Below, one piece after another: positions 37,011 through 50,300 of a DNA stretch of 64,000 nucleotides. The DNA is from Hydrolagus colliei. Its lineage: Eukaryota. Below the pieces are notes generated by a model. The model searched no databases. It was not told the DNA's origin and saw nothing but the letters and a program-made list of their open reading frames with translations. The stretch is taken from positions 51,708,001 through 51,772,000 of the forward strand of contig CM068745.1 in the NCBI GenBank assembly GCA_035084275.1, read 5' to 3'. Made by a program: the position numbers and the translations under genes. Positions within the stretch are counted from its first letter, which is position 1, and each line of letters opens with the position of its first letter.

Positions 37011-37136
37011 ACATAACTGCTGCCCATCACAAGGGAAATCAGGATCAGTGTCTGTGGTGAAAACTGGCTCACCAACGCTGGAATAACTCACCCAAGGCAA
37101 GTCAGTGATTGGAATTCTCCACCTCTGTTTTGCAAT

Positions 37137-37265
37137 GGAGTCCTGTAAATCAGTGGTTAAAGCACTCGCCTTGGAAGCGAGAGCCCTGGGTTCAATTGCA
37201 GGCAGGGCGAAACCTTGGAAAGTTTTCTTATTCCACGCCTGATGATAATCCCTCAGGGGAAAAAA
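37137..37265 (+). mobile_element. SINE 5' head (tRNA-Ala-like)
   Basis: A/B-box-like motifs followed by the SINE body also seen at 22270 and 63060. Confidence 0.75.
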
Positions 37266-40200
37266 AATATCAACACGTCTATGCAGTACAGAATACAACA
37301 ATCTCCCTGGCAGATCACTGAGTTGGTATAAACTGCGGTTAATGTAAATAGGATCCCTTGTCCAACATTGTACCACACCTAAATGTTGTTCATCCATCAA
37401 TGACAATGGCAGAAAGTAGTACAGTGTACTGCTGCACAGATGGTATACTGCTTGCATGGGAACATTTTTCAGTGGAAAAAGCACAACACATGCCAAACTC
37501 AACAACAAATTACATTTGAACAGTACTTTTCACGTCAAGAGTGTCCCAAAGCACTGGACATCCCAAAACACAGTTCACTCATTTATTTCAGCACTTTTAT
37601 CTGTGAGCTCAAACCTGACCTTGTCCAATATGAAATGACCAAATGATGCTCTGGGGTGGGGTGTGGTGGCGGGAAGAGAGTTAAGTGAGGTATCCTTCAA
37701 GCAGGACTGCAAAGCTTGGCAACAGTGTCAGAATCAAATTAACCCTCTGTGGCATCTCAGTAGTCTGGTTCCTGAGCCAGGACGGACACTGTAGAAAATA
37801 TTAAGCATCTTATCTCTCCCAACATCCACATTCCACAAATAATAGAATTCAGTCCCTGCAGTGCAACTATATTCTTTGTTATTTATACTGCTGTTGTTTA
37901 CACAATCCTTTCTGCCCCCATACCACTGTGTCTGGTTATCTCACCCCTGCTATTACACTTAGTTGTCTTGGTTTAAATCTAGTACTTGGGTGTAGTTAAG
38001 GAATCCAATGACTGAATTATATTCTTTGTGGGATTGTGGATGTTGGGAGAGATAGAATGTGTAATATTTTGTACATTTTCCAGTACCTGTCCTCCTGACA
38101 TGAAAAGTTCTCTAAAAATATAATTTTGGATTTCTCTCCGTGCTGTATCCACATGAATGATTGGAATGGTAGAAACATCTGAACTGCGTTAGAGTAATTA
38201 TTGCCAATTGTAGTGACTGTTTTCTGTAGGCAAACACTGCAGCAAATTTGGGCATAGTAAGGTCTCATAAATAAAGCCAATTTATCTGGACGATTATTGG
38301 CCAGGACACTGGGTTTGATAAATACTCTTTTCAGATACTGTCAAAGGATAACCCATCTGAAAGGCAAATGTCAATAATCCTGTTCAGAAATAATGACAGT
38401 AACACTAAATGCACAAACCTGACAACTGTTCCAATGTCTTCACATTGCAAGTTTGACAGCATGGTAATCCTAAACAATCAATGCTGACACTATCAAGCGA
38501 TGAAAATAGAAGAGTGAAACTCTAAAATATTTGAACTCTAATTGGTACTGTTGTCAGCATCAGTAGTCTAAAAAGCTACATTCACATTGGTAGAAAATTG
38601 TAACCATGCTTTCCAGGCTGCATTGAAAATCCACCTTCAATGCACTACAATTCAGAGCAGTTCAAACTCCAGATATTATATAAATTAGCTATTCCATGCC
38701 AGAATCTATCCTTTAACATCAGATGTATCTGAACTGTCAGTCGGCCACAATAGCAGTACCAATATGTTATTATAATTTAATACTGCCATATTTAATCAAA
38801 TAATAGATTTGGTGCATGCAGGTACACCTCAATATTCAAATAATATTCAAATTGTCTCCCACCAGCAAGGCTTTATACCTGCTCTTCTGTCTAATATTTT
38901 CCCAGACAATGTCACTGTGTAAAACTCTACCCATCATAGGCAAAAGATAGATGCAACATTAATCACAAAAATGGTTAGCTGAAACGGGTTTCAGTGAATT
39001 AAGGAGAAACTTCAAAAACCCATAGTCGAATTAGTTAAACACTTTGAGATATCCACCGGAAATGAAAAGCGCTATGTCTGTGAAGGGCACAATATAAATG
39101 CAAGTTGTTCTTGAGGCTCTAACATGTTGCACCACCATACAAATGGAATCCATTTGTGATATAGCATCCAGTTGGATTAGTTAGAAGCAAGCCTTCTCGA
39201 GCCATGTATTTCTGATAACGTTAATGAGGTGTTGATATAGATTATGGTATGGCAGGCGACATATGGCAGCACCAATACTAACAGCCATGCAAAAATTCAA
39301 ATTAAATGTTAACTTTCCAAATAAATCAATGGTATAAATACAACCTGACCACTGCATAAACCTTTCTATTTCTGTCAGTGAATCTAAAAGAAATGTCCGT
39401 ATGTTTATGTTCAATAGTGTAGGTATTTTATATTACCAGATCTACCTTTTCTTGCATTATTTTCTATTGTGACACCTAGATTGTGAATCATGACCATTAC
39501 TAACCAATTTAGATTTATGCTTCAGATAGTTTACCTTTCCTCCCAAATTGTTTTTCTGAGAATTCCTCATTCAACACTAACCTTAATCCAGTCACTGAGC
39601 ACACCAAATACTTTAAATATGAACTCATGTACATATTGTTTTGAGCAGCTAATAAATTAAATTGTTATCAGGTTTTTAAAATAATTTAAAAAAAATGTTT
39701 TGATACTGGGAAGCATTTTAATTGTACTGTATTGGTAGAATTGTGTGATAGTATCCTTGGTGTTTTCTAAATACAACAGGGTTAACAGTCTGTTCATTCA
39801 TACTTTAAAAGTAGAATTTACAATATTGAATGAAACAAAGTATGTACTATACATACAGTACTGTGAATTGTAGCATTTTTTGTAAGAAGCACTATGTGAA
39901 AACTGGCAACCTTTATAACATTAATTATTGAAGAAAACCTGCCAAGCGAATCAGAGCACAACATGCACAACTGCTATATTTATGGAATTCTAAGGTACAA
40001 TTATTTTAAATTACTATAATTTGTATCTATTTATGTTATTACTTCTTTGAAACAAAGGAGGCTATTTTCCCACAGACTTTCAGAACACTTAGAAAAACAT
40101 AATTTTCTTGCAATGTCTGCAGTTATATTAAGGTTTTAAGACATACACAAACAATTATCTTTTAAAAGTACAAGACAATGAGAAAAGCACTTTCAGTCCA

Positions 40201-41285
40201 TTGAATCCATTGTGCATCTTCCTATTGATTTACATCCTGAAAAACAATATCCACAGGTAAAAAATTGCAGAAAGATTTGAAATATGTTCCTGGACTCCAT
40301 AGGTAATTCCGTGAAAGCACCTAGACATTTAATTATAGTATTCATTACTCAATCCTGGCTGGTTACATTCCAAATTATATTCCCATGCCCTAACAGGACT
40401 GTAACTATTGGGGTCTTGAGCATTTTACTCAGGTCTGTACTCAGTCTCTTTCATCAAAGGAGATCACTGACAAAACATGTCACAAGATCACAAGAGATCA
40501 AAAGTTGTAGGCATTTATCTTATTTGAACTCATTTTACGAGAACACCAACCCTATGGTCTTCTCATTATAGCATTAAGCAGTTCCTTAAGTTGAGTCTAA
40601 AACCCTGCATTGTCTGTCAGTTTACGGTAGCCCATTACAGCTGTTTGCCATCGTCCATAAATAAAAACATCCTATTTTAGTTACAAGGTTCTCCAAAATA
40701 CCCGGCATTTGGAGTATAGAGGTATAATATGCAGCAATTGCAGACCAAAGTCCTGAGCAGTAATTGCCAAAGGTAACTGGATGTGCATAATGCTGATGGA
40801 TGAGAACTCAACTTCAGAACAATCCATAGTTAGTTACTGGAATTTATATGGGTTGGTGTGCTGTACTTCAGTTACCAGCAACAGTCATTATTAGTGATTT
40901 TGGTGATGGATTGTCATATATTAGACTACTTACTATAATTAGTATTTATCAAGTACCCAAACATTTGGTAGGACATTGAGAAATTAAACTCGAGTGAGCT
41001 TCATGGCACTAAACTTATTCCTATTGACCAGTGGTGAGAGAAACCACACAATTCCAAAATGTTTGAATGAATAATGTAGACATGATTTGAGAATATAATC
41101 CCAGAATCAGATGTTCAAAATTAACAAACCTAAAGGCATTCCAAGGGCTCAGTAGTTAAGGCAATGTCCAGTGTAGAACTGGGCTCCCAAAACAGATATG
41201 TACAAAGCTTGATGCTGCAATCTGCTGTTTTATTGGAAAGCATCAGGTTTGCTAAAATGACTGCAGCCAGTGTCCAGTGTTGGAA

Positions 41286-41615
41286 ACAACAACAACAAAA
41301 TTACACTTGTATAGCACCTTTCACATCAGGAGGACATCCCAAGGCACTGGCAAGTCATTGTTTCAGACCTGAGCTGGGGTCGGGGAAGGGGAGGGTGGAA
41401 TTTGGGGTGACCGATGGGACAGTCGAAGAGGAGGGTCTTGAGGTGGGATTTGGAGGCTAGGGAGGAGGCGAGGTAGAGGTTCTGTGGAATGGAGTTCCAC
41501 AGATTAGCAGCAGAGTGGCTGAAAGCTCGCCCGCCAATGGTGAGTCAGGTGGGTCAGGGGACACAGAGCAGGCTAGAGCCTGCTGAGCAGAGGGGACGGG
41601 TAGGTTGGTAGAGGA
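41286..41615 (-). mobile_element. L2 LINE 3' end
   Basis: (CAA)n tail plus homology to 53556-53890. Confidence 0.8.
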
Positions 41616-42293
41616 TCAAACACATTTGTGATGCCTACTTCCATTCTTGAAGTGGAATAAATCTATCAGCACTTAGTGTCTAAATTTACACATAAGAATG
41701 GGAACTTGGCAGGTTTACAATATAATTAACATTTGTATAGTTTTTCATGACAGGAGAATGTCCAAAGCACTTAAAGGAAAGACTACCAGAGGGAATGGAA
41801 TCTTACTCCAGTATAAAAGAGGAAACAAATAGCCAGAGCGCAGAAATATTAACATGTATGACATAGGAGAGGACAAGAACAGGATCAAGAGTAAAAATAC
41901 AAACTTCACAGTTGCCACTCACTATTCTATCTTGAAACATGAAGAATCACAATTTGGATGAGTTTGGTTGGAGGAAGGCAAATGTTGACAGTGAACATCT
42001 ACACCAGCAAAACCCAGCACCTTAAGTCAAAAGAGCACTTTTAAGTCTCAATTAAGATTTTTTTAAAACTTAAGTTAATCAAATAATTTCATGAATTGGA
42101 AATGTTCTCTGCCTTGTTTTGAGGCAAAACATCTGATCTCTGCTAATCAACTTCTGTAAAAGATCAATGTTGAGGATGTCGTGTGTACAATCTGATAAAT
42201 AGTACTGTCCATTTAATGCAAGCAAGCTTTTCATTCATGTGACATTATGGAAAAGTGTTCAATAAAAGCAAGTAGCTGAAGCGATTTAGTAAA

Positions 42294-42299
42294 TTTATT
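42294..42299 (-). terminator. Probable UCHL3 polyadenylation signal AATAAA
   Basis: First canonical AATAAA I found on the minus strand after the stop, about 425 nt downstream. Confidence 0.6.
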
Positions 42300-42723
42300 G
42301 AACATATTTATAAACCAAGGAGCGTGAGATTTAACCGCATATAGAGCACTTTCCAGCTATTGTGTGAAATGTCCATTTCTTTCCTAGTTAGTGTTTGGAA
42401 GGTATAAATGTAAACACAGCAACAGCCTTCTATGCTTTATCCCTCACAAATGAATTTTTACTGCTCTCTGGTTGTCACAGGATACATAAACTGATATAGA
42501 TCAACAGAAAATGAGGAATGCGGTTTCAAAGTTAAGACAAAAAGCAATTGACATTTCATTGATTTTAAATTCTGAAGATATGTGAAATACTCTAGATGGG
42601 TTTTTATGTGAATGAAATCAAATTGAAAATAATCAAAAGCTCCCACATTGGAGTATGGCAACACAAGTAAAATATCAATCCATATTCAGTTCAACAGCTC
42701 CTTTTCCTTCAAATTGCAACAAA

Positions 42724-42807
42724 TTATGCCTTGGAGAGAGCCACCACTGTAAACCGCAACTCGCCAGGATCACGTTCCATAAACTTCTTGCAAACTTCCG
42801 TTGCATC
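42724..42807 (-). CDS. UCHL3: UCHL3 last coding exon: [27 protein letters not shown]
   Basis: tcccag acceptor, 84 bp including TAA; matches UCH-L3 C-terminus [16 protein letters not shown]. Confidence 0.97.
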   Translation of the reverse strand, partial: DATEVCKKFMERDPGELRFTVVALSKA

Positions 42808-43062
42808 CTGGGACAAAACATCAAGTTATTGTACTACATATTAAATCCAAAGAATACTTTCAAAATTCATGAAATATGGGTACATAATTGGGAAGTAGAA
42901 ATATTATGATTTACAGTTAAATATAGTAGTGTAAGTAATAAAACATTTATAGAATTGCAATAGTATTAATATTACATACAAATTTGTAGTTTATGCAGGT
43001 TTTTTATGTACCGTACTAACATTCCAAAAATAATGTTTATTAGTACTCTCTGTATCACGTAC

Positions 43063-43121
43063 CTCTAAGAACGTATCAGTATTTGTATGACCATGATTTA
43101 TTGGGAATGGTTTACGTCCAT
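43063..43121 (-). CDS. UCHL3: UCHL3 coding exon (exon 8 equivalent): (D)GRKPFPINHGHTNTDTFLE, completes the catalytic Asp codon
   Basis: 59 bp, ctacag acceptor, gtacgt donor, phase 1/0; DGRKPFPINHG motif. Confidence 0.97.
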
Positions 43122-44254
43122 CTGTAGAGGAAAAAACAACAGTTAAAATATAAGCAAAATTTATATATTAAGATTGAAAAAGAGATGCATTCTCTGATAT
43201 TTCTTGCATCAATCACCCTACTGAAGGCTCAAACCTGCTCTTGCCGAATGGAATGTTCACAATTTTAACAGAGGGATACTCCCTGCTTACCTAATTCCAA
43301 ATGTATTAGTTGGGGGTTGGCAAGAACCAAGGCTTAGCGACAACAGGGTACTGGAGTTCAACAAGCTAAAACTGCAATGCTTGCTATTGTGATTACTGAC
43401 TGGCAAGCTTCCAACTTGTTGGCCAGATAGAACAACCCTACCGATAGGGTTTTGCAGCTCTGACTGCAAAGCCTTGGAGGTGCAGACAATTTACTGAGGC
43501 CAGAAATTCTTCCCACTCTCTTGGTAAACAGCAGAACTCAGCATAAAATGTGAGAAAGCGCTGCCACTATCCTCCCGTCTACAGCTTGTACACATGTCCT
43601 ATTGGACATTAAGAATGAAGTGACCCGAAGGATAATAAAACAAAATCTTATAAAATTTAACTGCATAATGGAATTCAGAAAGCTATAAAGCAAGTCAGCT
43701 CAAAGATGCAGCAGTTACGGAAGGCTTTGGTATATAATGTGCATCAGAAGATCCTCCTATATCTAGTTCTGAGCAATGATGTTTGTTGTTTCATCTGCAT
43801 AGCAAAAACTAAGTTTCAAACAGGATGCTTTTCCTACATAATGTGTGTTTTGACTGTCGAGAATGTTAATCACTGGATCACGCTAAATTTCTTATTGAAA
43901 CTGTACATTAGAATTTTATGATGCTTTATCCCCCATTTTCTCATTTAGCCAGGTGACAGCTGGTATGATTTCCACCTGAGACTAGAATGATACTGCAATA
44001 CAATGCTGGCGGCGCATTGCAATGTCCAACACGCTATTCTTTAAAAGAGTGATGTTAAACAGGTTATCATTTCCTGTTCAGGTGAATGTTGAAGATCCCA
44101 TGGCGCTATTTCAGTAAACTAGGACATTTTATAAGATAGTTATGAAACTGTATGTTTCTCTCAATATTGATCAATACAAAAATAAATTAGGGACGGGGTG
44201 TGGATGTAAGGACATTATTTGTTTCTCTCTTTAGGATTTGTATAATTCCCAGAC

Positions 44255-44550
44255 CAACAACAACAAATTTCATTTGTATAGCGGCTTTCACATTGGGAGA
44301 ATGTCCCAAGGTGGTGAACAGTCAGGGTTTGGACCTGATCTGGGTGTCAGGATCAGGATGGATGGAGGGCAGGGATGGGAGTGTGACCATTCAAAGAGGA
44401 GGGTCTTAAGACAGGCTTTGAAAGAGGCAAGGGAGAGATTGTTGCGAAGGGACTGTGATATAAAGTTTGTAAAGGTGAGGCCAGAAAGACTGAAGGCCCG
44501 ACCGCAAATGGTGGAGTGGACCGGGCAGGGGACAAGGAACATATTGAGCA
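44255..44550 (-). mobile_element. L2 LINE 3' end
   Basis: STICGRAFSLSG...LASFKACLKTLLF; (CAA)n tail. Confidence 0.8.
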
Positions 44551-45589
44551 GTTGAGCAGAGGGAGTGGATAACTCAAGGTTGAATTCAGAAATCTAACCT
44601 TCCGAAATGAGTGCATTTGTAATAAATGTACAGCAAGGAACAAATATGTTCAATTCTCTGCAACCCAAAAGAATAGGAGAAAGAAGAATTGTTTTGGGCA
44701 GCACAAAACTTGAATACAGTATAATGCTGCTGGAATCATGGAAATGGATTTCAATCTGTTGGCGAACAGAATAAGAGATGTCATCTCATAAATATATACA
44801 ATAGTAATCCTTATATTTGATACAGCACCTTCTCAGGTTAAAGCATCTCAAAGTAAGGTGAAGTAAAACTACAGGCAAACTATTTGCACATTGTATTGGC
44901 TCACATGAAGTGGGACACTCCAACTCATTGCTGCAAGAGTCATGAAGTGAATGTCCATTTTTTTTATTTGGAGAATGTTGGCCTGATCCTGGAGAAAACA
45001 CTGTGTCCCATCATTTTGCAAATGGTGCCACGGGATCTTTGACATCCACCTGAACAGGCAGTTTTAACATCTTATCTGATAATGCTGTGCTCCTCTCAGC
45101 ATTGTGTTGTAATGTCAGCCTACACTATAAGCTCTGACATAGGGCTCGATCCCACGACACTCGAGCACAGAAGCAAAGTGGCTATCAACAGATACTGAAA
45201 CAAAAATGGATGGCATTCCAAGTTTAAATCATAATATCTCTGACATGTGACCACAAGCTAAAAAATAATCCACATAATAAAAATTACTGTCTTTGCAGTG
45301 GAGCCACCTGCCAGATCAGGTAATCATCTGATGGGATGATTACTTACCATATGATTTAATAAATACCACAAATATTAGTCACTTGACATTCACTCACTGT
45401 TACGAAATAATGTGCCTGGGAGTGTTTATTATCTCATTTAGCATGTCACAGGTACAAAAATGGCAGAATCATTCATCTAAGAATAACTAATGCATTAGCA
45501 AGAATTTACACAAAGGTGTTTTGGTCTTTCTTAAGTCTAGCTTTAGGTTTTTACTGAATTTTTAAAAAATAATAATTTAATTTAAAAAA

Positions 45590-46145
45590 ATTATACTTGC
45601 ATTTGATATTCAGTGCTATTCAGATCTTCTAGATATCTCAAAGCACGTAACACAATATACTGTAAAGTAGGGTCCAGTGATATATCAATATATCGGTTAT
45701 ATCCAATATAATTTTCCTATCGATATGCCGATATCGGAATTTAAAAAAAATCGATATATCGAAAAATTCGATATATCGAAGAAAAAATAAAAAATCGCAA
45801 ATATCAATATATCGTGTCCGGCGATATATCGGTATAATGCAGACTTTTTCAACTTACCTTGTCAATATCCAAATGCGCGAGCACACCGGCATGCGCAGGA
45901 CAAAAAAAACCTGCGATATCGATACAGGAAAATTTCCATATCGACGGACCCTACTGTAAAGTGAATTGATTAAATTTGTGCGCAAAATGTGGCAGCCAAT
46001 TCCGCACCAAACAGTCGTGGATTGAAGTGACACATTTATTATTGTTTTTTTTCTTGACAGATTATTATGGAATAAGGAAATTTGCCAAAGGTTTGTTTTG
46101 CCTGGAATCAAATCCAGGTCTCTCGCTTGCAAGACGAGTATATGA
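45590..46145 (-). mobile_element. SINE (same family) interrupted by the hAT MITE
   Basis: Tail at about 45590-45667, core 45962-46035, tRNA-like head 46095-46140. Confidence 0.75.
45668..45953. mobile_element. hAT-superfamily MITE
   Basis: TAGGGTCC termini, perfect 8-bp TSD CTGTAAAG (45660-45667, 45954-45961), many subterminal CGATAT motifs. Confidence 0.93.
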
Positions 46146-46184
46146 AATATATGCTTGTGCCTCTACAATTGCCTCAAAATAAAT

Positions 46185-46762
46185 TAATTGGTCAGGCAAT
46201 CCACAACTGTTTTGGCAGACACAGATGTGTGGAATTGGCTGCTGTGTTTTGCACACAATATATACAGTCAATTAATTTTACAGTATATTCTGCAAAGCAC
46301 TTTGAGAAGTCACTTTGAGAGGGAGTGATAAGGTGCTATAATCATAGAATCTTACGGCACAAAAGGAGGCCATTTGGCCCATCGAGTCTGTGCCGACTCT
46401 TTAAAAAGCAATTCAATCCCAGTCCCCAGCTCTCTCCCCATAACCGCGCAAACCCATCCTCCCCAAATAAACGTCTTCCTCTCTTTTAAAATTTGCTATC
46501 GAATTGGCCTCTACCACCTTTTCAGGCAACGCATTCCAGATTCGAACAACTCGCTGAGTGAAATAATTTCTCCTCACCTCTCCTTATTTTAGAAACTATT
46601 TTAAATCTGTGACCTCAAGTCACTGACACACCCACCAGTGGAAGCGGTTTTCCCCTGTTTACCCTATCGAATCCCCTCATATTCTTGAATACCTCTATTA
46701 GGTCTCCTCGTAACCTTCTCTGCTCCAATGAGTATAATCAAATGGAAGGGTTTGTATTATTA
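46185..46762 (+). mobile_element. SINE 3' half interrupted by the CR1 fragment
   Basis: Core AATCCACAACTGTTTTGGCAGACAC...; tail resumes at 46741 (AATGGAAGGGTTTGTATTATTA). Confidence 0.75.
46345..46732 (-). mobile_element. Short 3' fragment of CR1 inserted into a SINE tail
   Basis: Clearly homologous to 33740-34140; flanked by direct repeat TATAATCA (46337-46344, 46733-46740). Confidence 0.9.
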
Positions 46763-46931
46763 CAATAAGCTGCATGCTGAGAATAGACTGATAGTGGTTC
46801 CATTGCAATATTTCATGCCCCACAACATAACTACCTGCTGACACTTTAGCTGTGGTTAAATTACATTGGCAAATTAAGCAACATTATAGTTTTTTAATAC
46901 CATACATTTATTAAACAAAACATGCACTTAC

Positions 46932-47007
46932 CAAGTTCATACAGGTGTCCATCAATGTTTACAAATGTTATAAAATGCAAGTCTACTTTTTCATCTAAGC
47001 TTGGTGT
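46932..47007 (-). CDS. UCHL3: UCHL3 coding exon (exon 7 equivalent) with catalytic His: [25 protein letters not shown]
   Basis: 76 bp, ttttcag acceptor, gtaagt donor, phase 0/1; VDLHFI and GHLYEL motifs. Confidence 0.97.
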
Positions 47008-48339
47008 CTGAAAAATAAATTTTATCACAGAAAACTGTAGTCATTATAATCCCAATTCCTATTGTGAACAGAAATTGTGAACATGATCTACAAGTTAATA
47101 TCATACTGGATAGCACACACATCTTTTCCAAAGATTGTGAGGAGTAATTTGAAGACGTTGACCAAAGATGCTATCTAAGAGATACATTTTTAAGAGGGTT
47201 TTGAAGAGACACAGGGAAGGGTCAAGATCAAGGGATGTAGGAAGAAAGTTCAAGACAATGGGGGCACAAAGGCTGAAAGCTTGGCCAGTGATGGTGAGAT
47301 AAAGGGGTTGAAAAATGAGCAGTAGATCAGAAAGACATTTAAATATCTTGAGAATATTATTGAAATCATTCCATATTAACATTCCATTATGGGTACCAGT
47401 AAACAACAGTTTCATTTATTCAGTCGCATAGGAAACAAAGTCCATATTATTTATATATTCAAATCAAGTAATCACATTGTGTTATTTGCATAAGACAATA
47501 TGCTAGTGAACTCTAACTCTGTGGCCTTAATAGTTAAATATTTACTCTAAGATGCGAGTTATCCTGTGCAAAGAGCATTATATAGATGCATGTTACCGTT
47601 GTGGTTACTGTTGCGGTGTGCATATGTTATTGTATGTTTAAAGCATTCAGAGATGCTATCCTGAGTGAAAGGGTATCTAAATTCAAGTTGTTGCTTATAC
47701 TTCCTCGTTACAAATTCAACAGGCAACAAGAATAACATTTCAACATTTATTCTCCCAATAACAACTTGTACTTATAAAGCATCTATCATGTAGGATAACA
47801 TTTACCATCTTGCTTGGGCTCCCACTCCATTCCACTAATAATTGAGTAGAGAAGAAAGATGGGATGCGTTTGATAGTAAAGCTTTATGATGGTCTAATAT
47901 AAAAACTTAAAAAATACCTCTGCTCACAGCACATAAATAGGCAAGGTTGCATCCTACCAACAATCTTACTTATACAGCACCCTTTGCACAAGTAGAGCCA
48001 CACACACACTTTGCTGCAGAAGACATGGTTAGTGATTAGGAACCCAGACATGACAAGGCCAACTGTCGTGCCTTTCAGCTGCTTATCTCAGATTACCAAA
48101 TTCAGGCCTTGGTCTAAATGATTTCTTTTCATACAGAGTAGTGGCTGTACAAACTGAACTCTCAGCGAAGTTTAATTCGTGTTTTTAAACTTCCTTTGCT
48201 TTTCTTTCTAACTATCTCATCCTCAATAAGAAACATACACCTGATTTCCACTGAATTAAATGTTTTCTTTTTTCAATAAATTTATTTGAAAAATGTCAAG
48301 AAGCCTTCAATCAGAAGTCTAGATCAAGTCTAGAATGTA

Positions 48340-49088
48340 TAGGGGAAGCCTGTTTCTCCATGACCCAATCAACTGTAACTTCCATATAACCAGCAATGCA
48401 AAAAAAAAGTCCGCATTTGATAAACCGGAATTTATCTAGAAAAATGCATTTTGGGGTGTTTTGTATTGCGTCAGTATTTTGGAATGCTGCTACTAGGTGC
48501 CTGATGGTCGCGCTAACTCAGAATGCTGCCGGTACTGTACAGCAATGCACTCTCCGGAGTGTACTCTTTGAGAGGCAGAGCAGGCTGGGTTGATTAATTT
48601 AGATTCAATTTAGCCACAAAACAGCAAAACACACACACACACACACACTGAGCAAAACATGCAGATCAATTCATTGGCTTTATTTTTATTAAAAAAAGAC
48701 TCATCCCTGCAATGCTCGTTTGCATCGCAAGGCTTTTTGGAAAGAAAGTTAACTGAACTGAGCGCCGCTCATTCTCTGCTTTCTCAATAACAGGTTTGCT
48801 TTCCTCTCTTCTGCCCCCAAAGAGAACAGTGTCATTCAGACGTGTAACTTTTGCACTAGTTTAAAGATCTCTCTGAACTGGTCGCAGTGTGTAAAAGGAT
48901 TATTATTATTTTTATATTATCATATAAATGATTATTTAGTCTACTATTAATATGCTATGTTTTTTCAAGAATATATATATTTTTTAAATTATAATTTTTT
49001 GGGGGGGGGGTTTCTGCCGAATTTCCGGCAGGCGCTTTAATCGGCACTGGCCAGGTCCCAAGGATGCCGGATAAATGGGCCTCTACTG
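48340..49088. mobile_element. Tigger-like MITE (family A)
   Basis: Degenerate TIRs (AAGCCTGTTTCTCC / GGATAAATGGGCCTCTACTG), TA flanks, subterminal homology to the 56329 and 58216 copies. Confidence 0.8.
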
Positions 49089-49506
49089 TATTTACTATAA
49101 ATTAAGAAAAATTCCTTGAATGTATTTATTAATAAGATTAAAATATAAATATTAATCAACATGTTAAGTGTTTATACGGAAGAAAATGCATGCAACATTT
49201 GAAAAATCATAATAACTGAAAAACATATCCAAATCTGTCTGGATCAATTATGCTTCCCGAATAATTCACTGCACCTTATCCCAAAGCTGCAGGATCACAT
49301 ATGCCAAGAAGTCAAACCTGCTATTGATAACTGAAATGGCACTTAAACAGCTAGATAAATACCAAGCAAAATTAATGAGGAAAAAAGCAGTGGACAGACA
49401 AATCTAATAAAATAGTGGAACTGATTAGACTATAGTGACATATATAAATTGAAAACACAGGCTTTATATGGTAATGTATCATACTTTGCAGATAAACTGA
49501 ACATAC

Positions 49507-49554
49507 CTCAGTTTGTCCTTCCTGTGCGCTGGACTCGTGTGTAACACGAATGCT
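49507..49554 (-). CDS. UCHL3: UCHL3 coding exon (exon 6 equivalent): SIRVTHESSAQEGQTE
   Basis: 48 bp, tttcag acceptor, gtatgt donor; matches UCH-L3 IRVTHExSAxEGQTE crossover-loop region. Confidence 0.95.
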
Positions 49555-50300
49555 CTGAAAATTAAGTACATAACATTTCACTTAATCACATACAAATAGG
49601 GATTCTACAGGGCCAATTTAACTATGTTTTAATACTCATCACATGGAATGTTCAGTTGTATGGGAGGCAGCACACCGTTCCCCACAATACTGTTCTCAAT
49701 CATGAAATCTGTGTGATTCAAGCCCAACCTATGGGTTGCGAGCTACCCTGTGCGAAGAGCGCTATATGGATGCAAGTTACTGTTGTGGTTAGAAGCCAAA
49801 TGGCTACTGGCTGCAGATTTCAATTACTGCACTAATGGCTTTCCATTGAACAAAAGTTTACTTCACATCATCAGAGGTGTAATAATAATAATCATCATTA
49901 TTACATTTGATATAGTGCTGGTCACATCAGGAGGACATCTCAAAGCACTTTGCAAGATATACTGGACACTACCCCGCATGACGGATGCGATATAAATATA
50001 CATTGTTGTTTCTGTGCATGTATTTTTATAGGTTATTGCAGAAGCCAATTTGCACATAGCAATGCCCCACAAACAGCCAAGAAGTAAATGAACAATTTAA
50101 TTTAAGGGATTGTTGGTCAGGACACCGGAATGAACTCCCTTCTCTTTTTGAATAGTTCATGGGAACTTTAACATCTATCTGAAGAAGCAGACAGGACCTT
50201 GCCATCATGTTTCATCTGAGGGAATGCACCTCCAACAATGCACACAACCCCCACATTGTGGTATCAAATTGGACTCTGAATTTGAAGTCCCAACATGGTA

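Larger units (their letters stand above)
33723..37015 (-). mobile_element. CR1-clade LINE, 5'-truncated within ORF1, young
   Basis: ORF1 C-terminal SGNH-like fragment (DGLHLN), ORF2 with APE endonuclease and RT, 3' tail of (ATTCTATG/AATCTATG) repeats at 33723-33748. Confidence 0.97.

Noticed and set aside
34330-37016. Plus-strand ORFs over the CR1
   Set aside because: Antisense shadows of the LINE ORFs
33695-37030. Imperfect inverted repeat flanking the CR1 (GTGATAGGGCA / TGCCCATCAC)
   Set aside because: Only about 10 bp with an indel; compatible with chance and not a TSD
37137-37210. tRNA-Ala-like gene
   Set aside because: No acceptor stem closure, mutated anticodon arm, continues into SINE body
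45680-45945. Short repeated CGATAT motifs resembling an array
   Set aside because: Irregular subterminal repeats of a hAT MITE; not a CRISPR-like repeat-spacer structure
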